Program-made: the position numbers and the translations under genes
Source: Desulfatiglandales bacterium
GTDB lineage: Bacteria > Desulfobacterota > DSM-4660 > Desulfatiglandales > HGW-15
Assembly (NCBI GenBank): GCA_963667015.2
Contig: CAXXJJ010000001.1
Coordinates: 1,952,001-2,016,000, forward strand
Reading direction: 5' to 3'
Length of the DNA stretch: 64,000 nucleotides
Shown: piece by piece, positions 19,469 through 28,339 of the stretch
Layout: every line of letters starts with the position of its first letter
Position numbering within the stretch: the first letter of the stretch is position 1
The notes under the pieces: model-generated
Database searches by the model: none
What the model was told of the DNA's origin: nothing
The model's input: the letters and a program-made list of their open reading frames with translations, nothing else

Positions 19469-20359
19469 TTACTTTTTACCATTGGTCAATTCTTTTGAAT
19501 TCAGGTACTCAAAAAGTTCGGAATCAGTGGATAATACAAGTGTAGTATTTTTATCCAGAATCTGTGAATACACCTGCAAAGATTTAACAAATTTGTAAAA
19601 TTCAGGGTCTTCACTATAGGCATCTGCATATATCTTTAATGCCTGTTTATCACCGTCACCCTTTATTTCCTCGGCTTCTTTATATGCCTTTGCCAGCAGT
19701 TCCTTAACTTCCCTGTCTGTGTTGGCCCGCATTTTAGTTGCTTCTTCTTCTCCTTCAGCCGTATATTTTACGGCTTCTTTTGTCCTTTCCGCCTTCATCC
19801 TCTGATATACAGCGTTACTTACAACAGAGGGGTAAATAATCCTCTTCAGGCCGACCTGAATAATCTCAATGCCGTATTTCGATCTGGTTCTTGTATTGGC
19901 CTCATTTTTGAGTCTTTCATAAATCTCATTAAGCCTGACGTTCTCCGGTGTTGTATTGATTATTTTATCGATCTCATAGTCGCTCACAATGATTCCAAGT
20001 TGGGAATTGACCATGTCTCCCAGTTTTAGTTTCGCATTCTCTTCATTGTTGAGTGATTGAAAAAACAGCTCAGGGTTGTCAAGCTTCCATGCAACATAAC
20101 ATGTAACAATAACAGGGTTCTTGTCTTTTAATAAAAGTTGCAGTGTCTGGGCCTCAAAGCAGCTTATCTTGTTGTCAAAGGTGTTGACCTTCTGCCAGGG
20201 CATTTTTGTGTATAAACCGGCCTCTTCTATTGTCTTAATGGGTCTTCCCCACTGGGTTATTATGACGCTTGCCCCCTGTTTCACTGTAAATAATGAGTTG
20301 TATGTCACTATGCAGAGAACGATTATAATTATTAAAAGTATCGGAAATATCTTTTTCAT
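19469..20359 (-). CDS. hflC: HflC-like SPFH protein
   Basis: One TM, VYQRMKAER, GDGDKQALKIYADAYSEDPEFYKFVKSLQVY. Confidence 0.88.
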   Translation of the reverse strand: MKKIFPILLIIIIVLCIVTYNSLFTVKQGASVIITQWGRPIKTIEEAGLYTKMPWQKVNTFDNKISCFEAQTLQLLLKDKNPVIVTCYVAWKLDNPELFFQSLNNEENAKLKLGDMVNSQLGIIVSDYEIDKIINTTPENVRLNEIYERLKNEANTRTRSKYGIEIIQVGLKRIIYPSVVSNAVYQRMKAERTKEAVKYTAEGEEEATKMRANTDREVKELLAKAYKEAEEIKGDGDKQALKIYADAYSEDPEFYKFVKSLQVYSQILDKNTTLVLSTDSELFEYLNSKELTNGKK

Positions 20360-20374
20360 GACTTGATAACCTCT

Positions 20375-22135
20375 TTATTCTTCTATCTGCCAATCCTCAA
20401 TGGATGAGATGTCGCCTGATTTCAGATAGACATTAGGTTTACCTGTACTGGGGTCTATGATCAGTTTTTCATTTTTACCAAGCGCATCAACTATATGGTT
20501 ATAATATAAAACTTTTCTTATTATGGATTTCGCATTTTTATAGGATTCCAGTTTGGATTTGTAACCGGTTACAGCCCCCTGGGATTTCAATATCTCTTCA
20601 TTTACATAGGCATTTGCATCACTGATATTACTGTATGCTGCTCCCCGTGAGGATGGTATCTCGGAATTTTGATATTCCAGTGCCAGGTTGATCGTCTCTT
20701 CCTTTATCTGATAGGATGCTATGACCTCTTCAAAGGACTCGGATATCTTTATCGGAGGATGAATATCCTTAACATTAACACTTACAATCTCAAGCCCTGT
20801 ATTCATTTTATCAAGTTTATCCTGCAGCGCTTCTTCAATGGCCATGTCCATCTCTTTCCGGTAGGTAATTGCAATCTGATAAAATGTCTTGGTTGTAAAA
20901 ACATCCTGTATTGTTTCATAGGCTATATCTTCTATCAATACCTTAGGATTTGATATGTTGTAATAATAGTTATACAGATTCTTAATCCTGTAATGAATTA
21001 TTATATAGGGATTAAAAAAATTATTATCTCCCGAAATAAAATGAACTTCTTCCCCGTGAGTTATGCCCCATATAAGGGGTTTTTGTTCCTCTTTGGAAAC
21101 ATTACCCAGAAATAATTCCTGTAATTGTTTTGTTTTTTCTATTTTTACAATGTCTATCGGTCGAGGAAATTTAAAGTGGAAACCCGGCTGCAGGGCTTCA
21201 TTTGTTACAGGTCTTCCAAAATGTTCAACTATAGCTTCCTCGTCCATCTGCACCTGGAAGCCCATATCGTAAATAATAACAAGAACTATCAATGCTACCA
21301 GTGCATACCCTGAAAATTTCAATAACCGGACAAATTGAGCAAAAAGTGTTGATTTCAGAATATCAATATTATATTTAGCGTCTATCCATTTAAAAAATCT
21401 GGAATAGGTTTCTTTTACAAGAATAAAATTCAGAATTTCGAGTATGTGATAATTCATCCGAAATTCTTTTTCTTTTTTATGAAAATGAATAATGATGTTT
21501 ATTATTATTTCTATGCCAAAGGACAGGATCAATAAAGCTATTGCCAGGCTGACCCACCTGTCTATGTTATACCTGAAATAGTATAAAATGAGAGAAGCTC
21601 CTGTTAAGGATGAGCAGACCATATCGCCTTTTGAATGAAGTCCGTCTGATATCAATGCCGCAGAGTTTTCAGAGTATCCAACTGCAGATAGAAATTTAAA
21701 TAGGAAGTAAGACCCTAATGATAATATAAGAAATATAATACCGGTTAATAAGGGCTTTTCTATAATAATTACTTTAATTGAAAAAACGTTTATGATCAGT
21801 GATATTGAAATGCATGTAAGGAAAAGCCCTATTAATAAAGAGATTGTAACTTCAATGTTTTTACCAAAAGCATTATTAAAGAATTGTTTTAAAATGTTGG
21901 AATCAACAATTTCAGAACCTTCCTGATCAGGGAGATCTTGTTCTTTTTTAAATATAGATGAGCTCCTCCATAATGCAAAAAGTACTGCAAGTGATGTTGT
22001 GATATCACTGAAGCTGTGCCACGCTTCAGAAAGAACGGCTATGCTACCTGAAATATAATAAAATACAAACTTCAGAATGGTAAGTCCGAGGGTTATTGAT
22101 ATGGCAATGAGTGAAGTTCGAATCCTTTTATTCAT
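20375..22135 (-). CDS. Fusion of a cation diffusion facilitator TM domain and an HflK-like SPFH domain
   Basis: SGSIAVLSEAWHSFSD and SAALISDGLHSKGD (CDF TM2/TM5), then TM + AIVEHFGRP...PGFHFKFPRPID, ISGDNN, DIHPP. Confidence 0.85.
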   Translation of the reverse strand: MNKRIRTSLIAISITLGLTILKFVFYYISGSIAVLSEAWHSFSDITTSLAVLFALWRSSSIFKKEQDLPDQEGSEIVDSNILKQFFNNAFGKNIEVTISLLIGLFLTCISISLIINVFSIKVIIIEKPLLTGIIFLILSLGSYFLFKFLSAVGYSENSAALISDGLHSKGDMVCSSLTGASLILYYFRYNIDRWVSLAIALLILSFGIEIIINIIIHFHKKEKEFRMNYHILEILNFILVKETYSRFFKWIDAKYNIDILKSTLFAQFVRLLKFSGYALVALIVLVIIYDMGFQVQMDEEAIVEHFGRPVTNEALQPGFHFKFPRPIDIVKIEKTKQLQELFLGNVSKEEQKPLIWGITHGEEVHFISGDNNFFNPYIIIHYRIKNLYNYYYNISNPKVLIEDIAYETIQDVFTTKTFYQIAITYRKEMDMAIEEALQDKLDKMNTGLEIVSVNVKDIHPPIKISESFEEVIASYQIKEETINLALEYQNSEIPSSRGAAYSNISDANAYVNEEILKSQGAVTGYKSKLESYKNAKSIIRKVLYYNHIVDALGKNEKLIIDPSTGKPNVYLKSGDISSIEDWQIEE

Positions 22136-22206
22136 AATGAATCCTGAATTGTTAATCTATGTGCATGAACCAGTGTCAAATGTTTTATAAAAAACACAAA
22201 AACAGG

Positions 22207-22950
22207 TTATGGATTTTTATCTTTCGATTGTTTGATTTTATTTAGCTGATCATAGAGGTCAGAATGTAAAACTTCGACATTTGGCCCTTTAAAATACATC
22301 CTGTAGAGATGATTGTTACTATCAACCCATATAAGTATCGTCAATCTTTCATCAATCTCTATCTCATAATTACGTAGTTTCAAATCCTTACTTTCATTCT
22401 CATGTATGAAAGTTCTAACTGGTGTAACTGTAAGAGGCTTTATGGTACCGGTGGGAAGAAGGTAGGTCAGAAAAACCTGCTGTCCCCCTTTATCTCTGTC
22501 ATATCTGCGAATCCAGTAATCGACTGTATGGTAGCCCATAAGGTCGAGCATGAGCATACCTTGCTTGAAAGGCTTTTTGTATTCCTGTAATTCGCCCTCT
22601 ATTTGGATTGTCCTGATTATTTTCCCATTTTCTAACTTTACATTATAGGATGTGCCGTTGCTGGAATCATATGAATAGGATATCGGAAACAGTTTTTCTT
22701 CCGGTATGATCATCTTTGTTTTAATTATTTTTCGAGTTTTTCCTTTTGATGTATAGGTATCCCTTTCCTGTTCAGATAACAATACCAGATTCCCATTGAA
22801 ATCGGGTTTTTCATTAATGAGAAGTTTTCCAACTTTTAAGCCGTTAATTAAAATTATAAATGACTGAGAGTATTCATTTGACGTTCCACAGGAAAATATT
22901 CCCAGTAGAAATATGAATGCAATAAAAGAATAAAATAAATTTCTTTTCAT
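22207..22950 (-). CDS. Hypothetical lipoprotein, beta-rich
   Basis: Lipobox IFSC; no recognisable catalytic motif. Confidence 0.7.
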   Translation of the reverse strand: MKRNLFYSFIAFIFLLGIFSCGTSNEYSQSFIILINGLKVGKLLINEKPDFNGNLVLLSEQERDTYTSKGKTRKIIKTKMIIPEEKLFPISYSYDSSNGTSYNVKLENGKIIRTIQIEGELQEYKKPFKQGMLMLDLMGYHTVDYWIRRYDRDKGGQQVFLTYLLPTGTIKPLTVTPVRTFIHENESKDLKLRNYEIEIDERLTILIWVDSNNHLYRMYFKGPNVEVLHSDLYDQLNKIKQSKDKNP

Positions 22951-22963
22951 GGTTATTATAAAG

Positions 22964-23145
22964 TCGGGGGCAAGGTCGACATTGTTTAATATCTAATTTC
23001 TGAGAAGTAAGTAACTTTTGGCCGCATTCTTAAAAATTGCCATTTATAATATATTGAAATCTCGCCATAATATTTTTATAAAAATATAAAAATTATTAAA
23101 TATATAGTCGCTTCTCAGAAATCAATATCTTGACATTGCCCCCGA
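22964..23145. repeat. About 180 bp element with imperfect terminal inverted repeats (MITE/REP-like)
   Basis: Left TCGGGGGCAAGGTC...ATTTCTGAGAAG; right reverse complement TCGGGGGCAATGTC...ATTTCTGAGAAG; AT-rich core. Confidence 0.6.
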
Positions 23146-23247
23146 TTCTCTCCGTTTATCCTGTGCCCATAGAACCTAATTACAGGGGCACAGGTTGTTG
23201 ATAAGAAACAGCATGCACTGTTGAATGCATAGTGGCTGTCAGTCTAA

Positions 23248-25434
23248 TCACCACCATCTTTTATGTTTCGGTCTCTTAGGTTCTGATGCCGGTTTGATAT
23301 TCTTGGCAACGGCAAAATCAGCGTTATAATTGATAACAGCCCAGGCAGTTTTGGTTTTTGGATCAATGCCATAGGTTCCAAGTCCGTATTGGGGTTTATA
23401 TTTACCAAATACAAATTTCTTTTCTCCACCGAAATTTTCGTCTACAGCGTTTACCCATTTACCATCAACATAGGTGGCAATTCCAAATTTACCTTTTTTG
23501 ATATCATTAAGTGCTTTGAAATCAAAAAAGGTGGATAAAACATCAAATGACATTGATAGTACATAAGTATCTGTCTGATCTGAACCGAGTTCACCCATGC
23601 CCCACATTGAAAGAACATGACTTTTAAGTTTATTGTGCAGATTGGATTTTATGATTTTCCAGATATTTCTGCCCCAGCATTTTTTATAATGTTTGGGCAG
23701 TTCAAAATCAGGATTGGGTATCCAGCCTGTATTAACTGTCTTTGTAAATGCCCTCGGTCCGTTAATTGCGTTGCCCTCAGCATCTTCATCATATGGCGTA
23801 TCATCAGTTGAAGTGCTGTTATTTGTACCTGAGAGTATCCTTGCCTTTGTTTTTCCAAAATGATCTTGTATCCCTGCATAGGATTCACCCTGCGCAACCA
23901 GAAACTGTTGACCATTTGAGCTGTATCCCCATGATTCCTTTTTTATAAAATCAAGGGTTGGTAAATAAAGGGGATTATTTGCCTCTATAATTTCTCCTGT
24001 TTCTTCGTCTATAACATCCTGTCCGTTTGGATAATCTTCTCCACTTTGAAAATTACCTATAGAGTCCGCATAATAATCAACATTAACACGAGGCCCATCT
24101 ATAGTATAGAGGTAGTAACCAACATTATAAAGATCCTGAGAAATCTGGGTTTCCCTGTATTTTGTTCCCTCGAAATCTTCCAATGATCCCGGATCATAGA
24201 ATTTTGTACTTGCTGCCATATGAATTATCTGTTCAACCTGGGATTCGCCTTCCGGGCTGGCAACAATAGCCCGATTGTGAATATGGTCGTGACCGGAAAG
24301 CATGTACCTAACACCATTATCCATCAAGCTTGCATAAAATACTTCCTGATCTTCAGGGGTTACACTCGGATCTCCGCCAAAAAGACCATCAGGATGGTTT
24401 GCCCCCATCAGGCCTCTGTGAGATAATACAAATGCATGCTCTGTTCCGCGTGTAGTCTTGTCTAATTTTTCGCTAATCCAGGTCTGCTGGTCCCCTGGCC
24501 AGAATTCACTTCCACTTGAATCAAATTTCGGTTGTGATGGTATAGTGTAGTCATCAAGTGGATAGTAGTATGCATCATCTTCGCCTTCATAGGTATTCCA
24601 TCCGTAAAAATTGGTGGATGGAGCTCCGGAACTGCTTATACGAAACCATGTATTTGGTGCTACGATGACATTACCGTCTCCATTAACTACTCCGGCATCT
24701 CCGGAATTATAAACAACCCAAAATATATAGTCATAAGGGGCGTAAGTCTCGCCGTATAAGGCAAGATCTTCAGGTTCTGTTTCTGTATAGCTGGTGGCTT
24801 CAACATCGACGATGACAAATCTTGCGTTGTTGCCCTCACTGCCGTAATCAAATGAGTAACTCAGCCCATTTAAGATATCAATGTCGGGACTGTTGAAATT
24901 TGTTGCTCCAAAAAGGTTGTCAACCGTTCTCTCTCCATTTCCATCAAGGGCCAACAGGCCTCGAGTCTGAGGGAAAGCGTCGAGAAAGGCCGGAATATTC
25001 ATGTCATGATCTGTATCTCTTCCGTAAAGGTTTCCGTATGTTTCATGATTACCGCGTAATGGAAAGAATCCGATGCCTGCGTCAAGAAGAGGTTGAGCTG
25101 CTGCCGCGCGGGCTTTCATACCTTCATCGCCTGCTCTGTCAGTTAAATCTCCTACCTGGATAACGAATTTGACCCCGGATGCCTTGAGCTCTTCCTGGAG
25201 AGCTCCTGCAAGAGCGGCACTTACATATTCAGGATTCATACCTTCAGGGTCCTCACTGTTTGTCCACTGGGTATCTGCCATAAGACCAAAGGACCATGGA
25301 TCAACCTGGTATCGTCCTCCTCCTTCCGCAAAGGAAACTGAAGTGAAAACCAGTGACAGAATCATCGCAATCAGCAGTGATTTTATCGAAGTTTTCCATT
25401 TATTTGTTTTGTTGTTAATAAAGTGTTGACTCAT
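23248..25434 (-). CDS. Secreted calcineurin-like metallophosphoesterase, paralog 2 (acidic, with insertions)
   Basis: Signal peptide; ADTQ, GDLTD, RGNHE, SHR, SGHDH; C-terminus nearly identical to paralog 1. Confidence 0.85.
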   Translation of the reverse strand: MSQHFINNKTNKWKTSIKSLLIAMILSLVFTSVSFAEGGGRYQVDPWSFGLMADTQWTNSEDPEGMNPEYVSAALAGALQEELKASGVKFVIQVGDLTDRAGDEGMKARAAAAQPLLDAGIGFFPLRGNHETYGNLYGRDTDHDMNIPAFLDAFPQTRGLLALDGNGERTVDNLFGATNFNSPDIDILNGLSYSFDYGSEGNNARFVIVDVEATSYTETEPEDLALYGETYAPYDYIFWVVYNSGDAGVVNGDGNVIVAPNTWFRISSSGAPSTNFYGWNTYEGEDDAYYYPLDDYTIPSQPKFDSSGSEFWPGDQQTWISEKLDKTTRGTEHAFVLSHRGLMGANHPDGLFGGDPSVTPEDQEVFYASLMDNGVRYMLSGHDHIHNRAIVASPEGESQVEQIIHMAASTKFYDPGSLEDFEGTKYRETQISQDLYNVGYYLYTIDGPRVNVDYYADSIGNFQSGEDYPNGQDVIDEETGEIIEANNPLYLPTLDFIKKESWGYSSNGQQFLVAQGESYAGIQDHFGKTKARILSGTNNSTSTDDTPYDEDAEGNAINGPRAFTKTVNTGWIPNPDFELPKHYKKCWGRNIWKIIKSNLHNKLKSHVLSMWGMGELGSDQTDTYVLSMSFDVLSTFFDFKALNDIKKGKFGIATYVDGKWVNAVDENFGGEKKFVFGKYKPQYGLGTYGIDPKTKTAWAVINYNADFAVAKNIKPASEPKRPKHKRWW

Positions 25435-25813
25435 TTCTTCCCCTCCTGTTGGTTAGAATTAGCTCTATTTTTTTGATGTGGATCTGGAAAATCTGCCTGC
25501 TGTTCGGCAAAACTTATTTCATCACCTCCCTATATTAAATTTCAAATCCAATCTATTCACCCTCTATAAGTGGATCAGAAGGTGCATCCACCCTCTCCAG
25601 GTGACTTGTAAATATACTTAAGGCTTTATCGTTGCTTAGTGAAAATCAGATATTGACCATTAAACGGTCATTGAGGGCGTGTCTGTAAAAAAGCCTTTTA
25701 ATATCAGCATATTAAAGCTAAATAAAATGAGCTTTATGATATAGATTTCTTTTGGAATTAATAAAGAAGGATTACCTTTATCATAATCAAGATAACCGGA
25801 ACATTGCCCCAAG

Positions 25814-25829
25814 ATTACCATTTGGCAAT
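25814..25829 (-). promoter_or_regulatory. CopR/CzcR-box-like palindrome upstream of the phosphoesterase gene
   Basis: ATTAC-N6-GCAAT, one mismatch from ATTAC-N6-GTAAT. Confidence 0.4.
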
Positions 25830-25845
25830 GTTGGGGAAAACGTGT

Positions 25846-25965
25846 CTCTCACAGAGCTCGCAGAGTTCACAGAGAAAGACAAAAGCATTTAAGTTTTTTT
25901 AAAAACAAAAGGCTTTTCTCTGCGGCTTCTGTGTGCTCTAGTGACCGAAGGGAACGGGCGAGAGA
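25846..25965. repeat. CACAGAG/CTCTGTG palindromic repeat cluster
   Basis: CACAGAGCTCGCAGAGTTCACAGAG ... CTCTGCGGCTTCTGTGTGCTCTAGTG. Confidence 0.55.
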
Positions 25966-25993
25966 TATTCTCTTTTAGTCTGAGTTGCTATAT

Positions 25994-27412
25994 TTATAAG
26001 GGGATAGGAGTTTTGGGCAAAGTGACCGTGAATGTACTCATTTCGTTCAGTATACTTGTGGCAGTGATGTCTCCTCCATGGGCCTTTATAACAGCACGTG
26101 TCCAGCTCAGGCCAAGGCCGTTACCCGGCATTGAGCGGCTGCGGTCGCATCTATAGAATCGTTTGAAAATATTGGGAAGCTCATCCCGGGAGATTCCTAT
26201 GCCGTTATCATTGACTGAAACCATAACCTCGTCTTCGTTTTCGTCTACAGTAACAGTGATTTTTCCATCGGGCGGGGTGTATTTTATTGCATTATCCAGA
26301 AGATTGGATACAACCCTTTGAAGTTTCTGTTTGTCGGCATGGATAACTGTATTTTTTGCAATATGCCTTATGATCTGAATTTTCTTATCTTCTGCTACCG
26401 GTCCGAAGAGTTCACATGTTTCTTTGGTTATCTCCGATACGTTGATCTGAGACATATCAAGTTTGGAAAGACCTGCTTCTGCCTCGGAAATGTCCATCAT
26501 CGTGTTGATCATTTCAAGCAGCCGGTCGCACTCTTCAACAATGTTCCCGGCCATAAGGTCATAATCCTCTTTATCAGAGGAACCTGTTATGGCCAGTTCA
26601 GCAGCGCCTCTCATCCTTGTGATCGGGCTTCTCAGGTCGTGGGCCATGTTGTCGGTAATTTCTTTCATTCCCCTGATCAACGCCTCAATCCGCCCCACCA
26701 TATCATTGAAAGTATGTGCAAGCCTGTCTATCTCTTCTCCACCGCCTTTTATAGGAACTCTGCTGCTGAAGTCTCCTTCGGAGATTTTAATGGCTGTTCG
26801 TGTCACTGCTTTTACTCCCGAAAGGGCGCATTTTGCTACAAACCAGCCAACAAAAGTAGCAAACACAATTAACAGCGTCATTACTATTCCGAATTCTCTC
26901 CACCGCTTCTCTATTATCTGCTGAAGACCCTCCTGGGAGGTCCCTATCTGGAGAATCCTGTCAGGGCTTATATAATAGGAAATGATTCGCGCAGTATAGT
27001 GACCACCTGGCAGAGGCATTGTGCTGAAAGCGTGTCCGGTTCTTTCCCCCGGAATTTCAATGGTGCTTGGATCCAAGTCCATGTTCAGGTGAGATGTGTT
27101 GGAAGAAGCAAGTATTTCTCCTGCCGGGCTGAGAAGGCGGGCGAACAGTTTCCAGGAATTTTTTGTTTCGTGATCTAGTATTTTTGATATGTCTTCTTTA
27201 CTCATTCCTTTTACTGACAGCATAAGTTTGGAAGTCTCTTTTGCTTCAGCAAGGAGTGCCATGTCCATGTTCCTGTAATGGTTGGAATCTCTATAGAGAC
27301 GATAACCTACAAAGGCTCCTAAAAAGACCATAACACTGAGGGAATACAGGATGGTTAGGCGGAAAACAAGTGTTTGACGAAACTTAAGTAACTTCCTTAA
27401 TAGCATATCCAA
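25994..27412 (-). CDS. CusS/CzcS-like sensor histidine kinase with HAMP domain
   Basis: Two TM, HAMP (EEIDRLAHTFNDM), AHDLRSP, DNAIKY, GNGLGL. Confidence 0.9.
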   Translation of the reverse strand: MDMLLRKLLKFRQTLVFRLTILYSLSVMVFLGAFVGYRLYRDSNHYRNMDMALLAEAKETSKLMLSVKGMSKEDISKILDHETKNSWKLFARLLSPAGEILASSNTSHLNMDLDPSTIEIPGERTGHAFSTMPLPGGHYTARIISYYISPDRILQIGTSQEGLQQIIEKRWREFGIVMTLLIVFATFVGWFVAKCALSGVKAVTRTAIKISEGDFSSRVPIKGGGEEIDRLAHTFNDMVGRIEALIRGMKEITDNMAHDLRSPITRMRGAAELAITGSSDKEDYDLMAGNIVEECDRLLEMINTMMDISEAEAGLSKLDMSQINVSEITKETCELFGPVAEDKKIQIIRHIAKNTVIHADKQKLQRVVSNLLDNAIKYTPPDGKITVTVDENEDEVMVSVNDNGIGISRDELPNIFKRFYRCDRSRSMPGNGLGLSWTRAVIKAHGGDITATSILNEMSTFTVTLPKTPIPL

Positions 27413-28061
27413 CTCCCCGAACTGTCTGAATCATGGTTTTATCAAAAGCACGGTCTATTTTATCCCTTAATCTGCATATTCTTGTTTCAACTACATTGGT
27501 TTGCGGGTCGAAGTTGTGATCCCAGACATGCTCCATGATCATGGTTTTTGATACGATTTTTCCTGCATTGCGCATAAGGTATTCAAGGAGTGAAAACTCA
27601 CGCGGTTGCAGTTCTATATCTATGCCTGCTCGAGTCACTTTGCGGGAAATAAGGTCTATGGATAAATCTCCCAGGGTAAAATGTGTGGATTCGGATAGGC
27701 CGCTGGCTCTTCTTATAAGGGCTCGTACGCGTGCAAGCAGTTCCGAAAAGGCAAAAGGTTTGGTCAGATAATCATCTCCTCCCTTCTGGAGGCCTTTTAC
27801 CCTATCATCAACAGTACGTTTTGCACTCAGGATCAGAACCGGCGTCCTGATGTTCTGATTCCTCAATTTCTCAATGAGTGTTAATCCATCGAGCCTGGGA
27901 AGCATGATATCAATAACAGCAACATCATAGGGTTCATTGAGGGCCATATAAAATCCTGCCTCGCCGTCAGAAACATGGTCCACGGCAAAACCGGCTTCCC
28001 TTAATCCCTTTACGATAAAAGAAGCAATCTTCGAATCATCCTCGACTAGTAATGTTCGTAT
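27384..28061 (-). CDS. CusR/CopR-like response regulator, apparent ATA start
   Basis: AGGGAG-N7-ATA then RTLLVEDDSKIASFIVKGLREAGFAVD; GGDDYLTKPFAFSELLAR; VWDHNFDPQTNVVE. Confidence 0.88.
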   Translation of the reverse strand: MRTLLVEDDSKIASFIVKGLREAGFAVDHVSDGEAGFYMALNEPYDVAVIDIMLPRLDGLTLIEKLRNQNIRTPVLILSAKRTVDDRVKGLQKGGDDYLTKPFAFSELLARVRALIRRASGLSESTHFTLGDLSIDLISRKVTRAGIDIELQPREFSLLEYLMRNAGKIVSKTMIMEHVWDHNFDPQTNVVETRICRLRDKIDRAFDKTMIQTVRGVGYAIKEVT

Positions 28062-28339
28062 GGTCTTACTCCCTTGATTATTGATGGTGACTTATAAATT
28101 TAAGGGATAAAATATAGAAAAATTAATATTGTGAGTCAACGTAAATTAATGATGCTATAAAGGGGAGTAAGGTTCGATTGCTTATCCGGATATCATATGT
28201 TTTAATACTTAATAAAAAAATTGACATTAGTTGCTAATTATAGTCTCCTTATAAATTAATTTAAAACTCGAATTAAATTGCCTTTTTTTAACATGAAAGG
28301 AATGCTGCCTTCTCAGAAGGCCGGCCCAACAATATTTTT

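Noticed and set aside
25515..25532. ATG-AAA-TAA minigene after GGAGGTG in the phosphoesterase leader
   Set aside because: SD abuts the ATG with no spacing; likely chance
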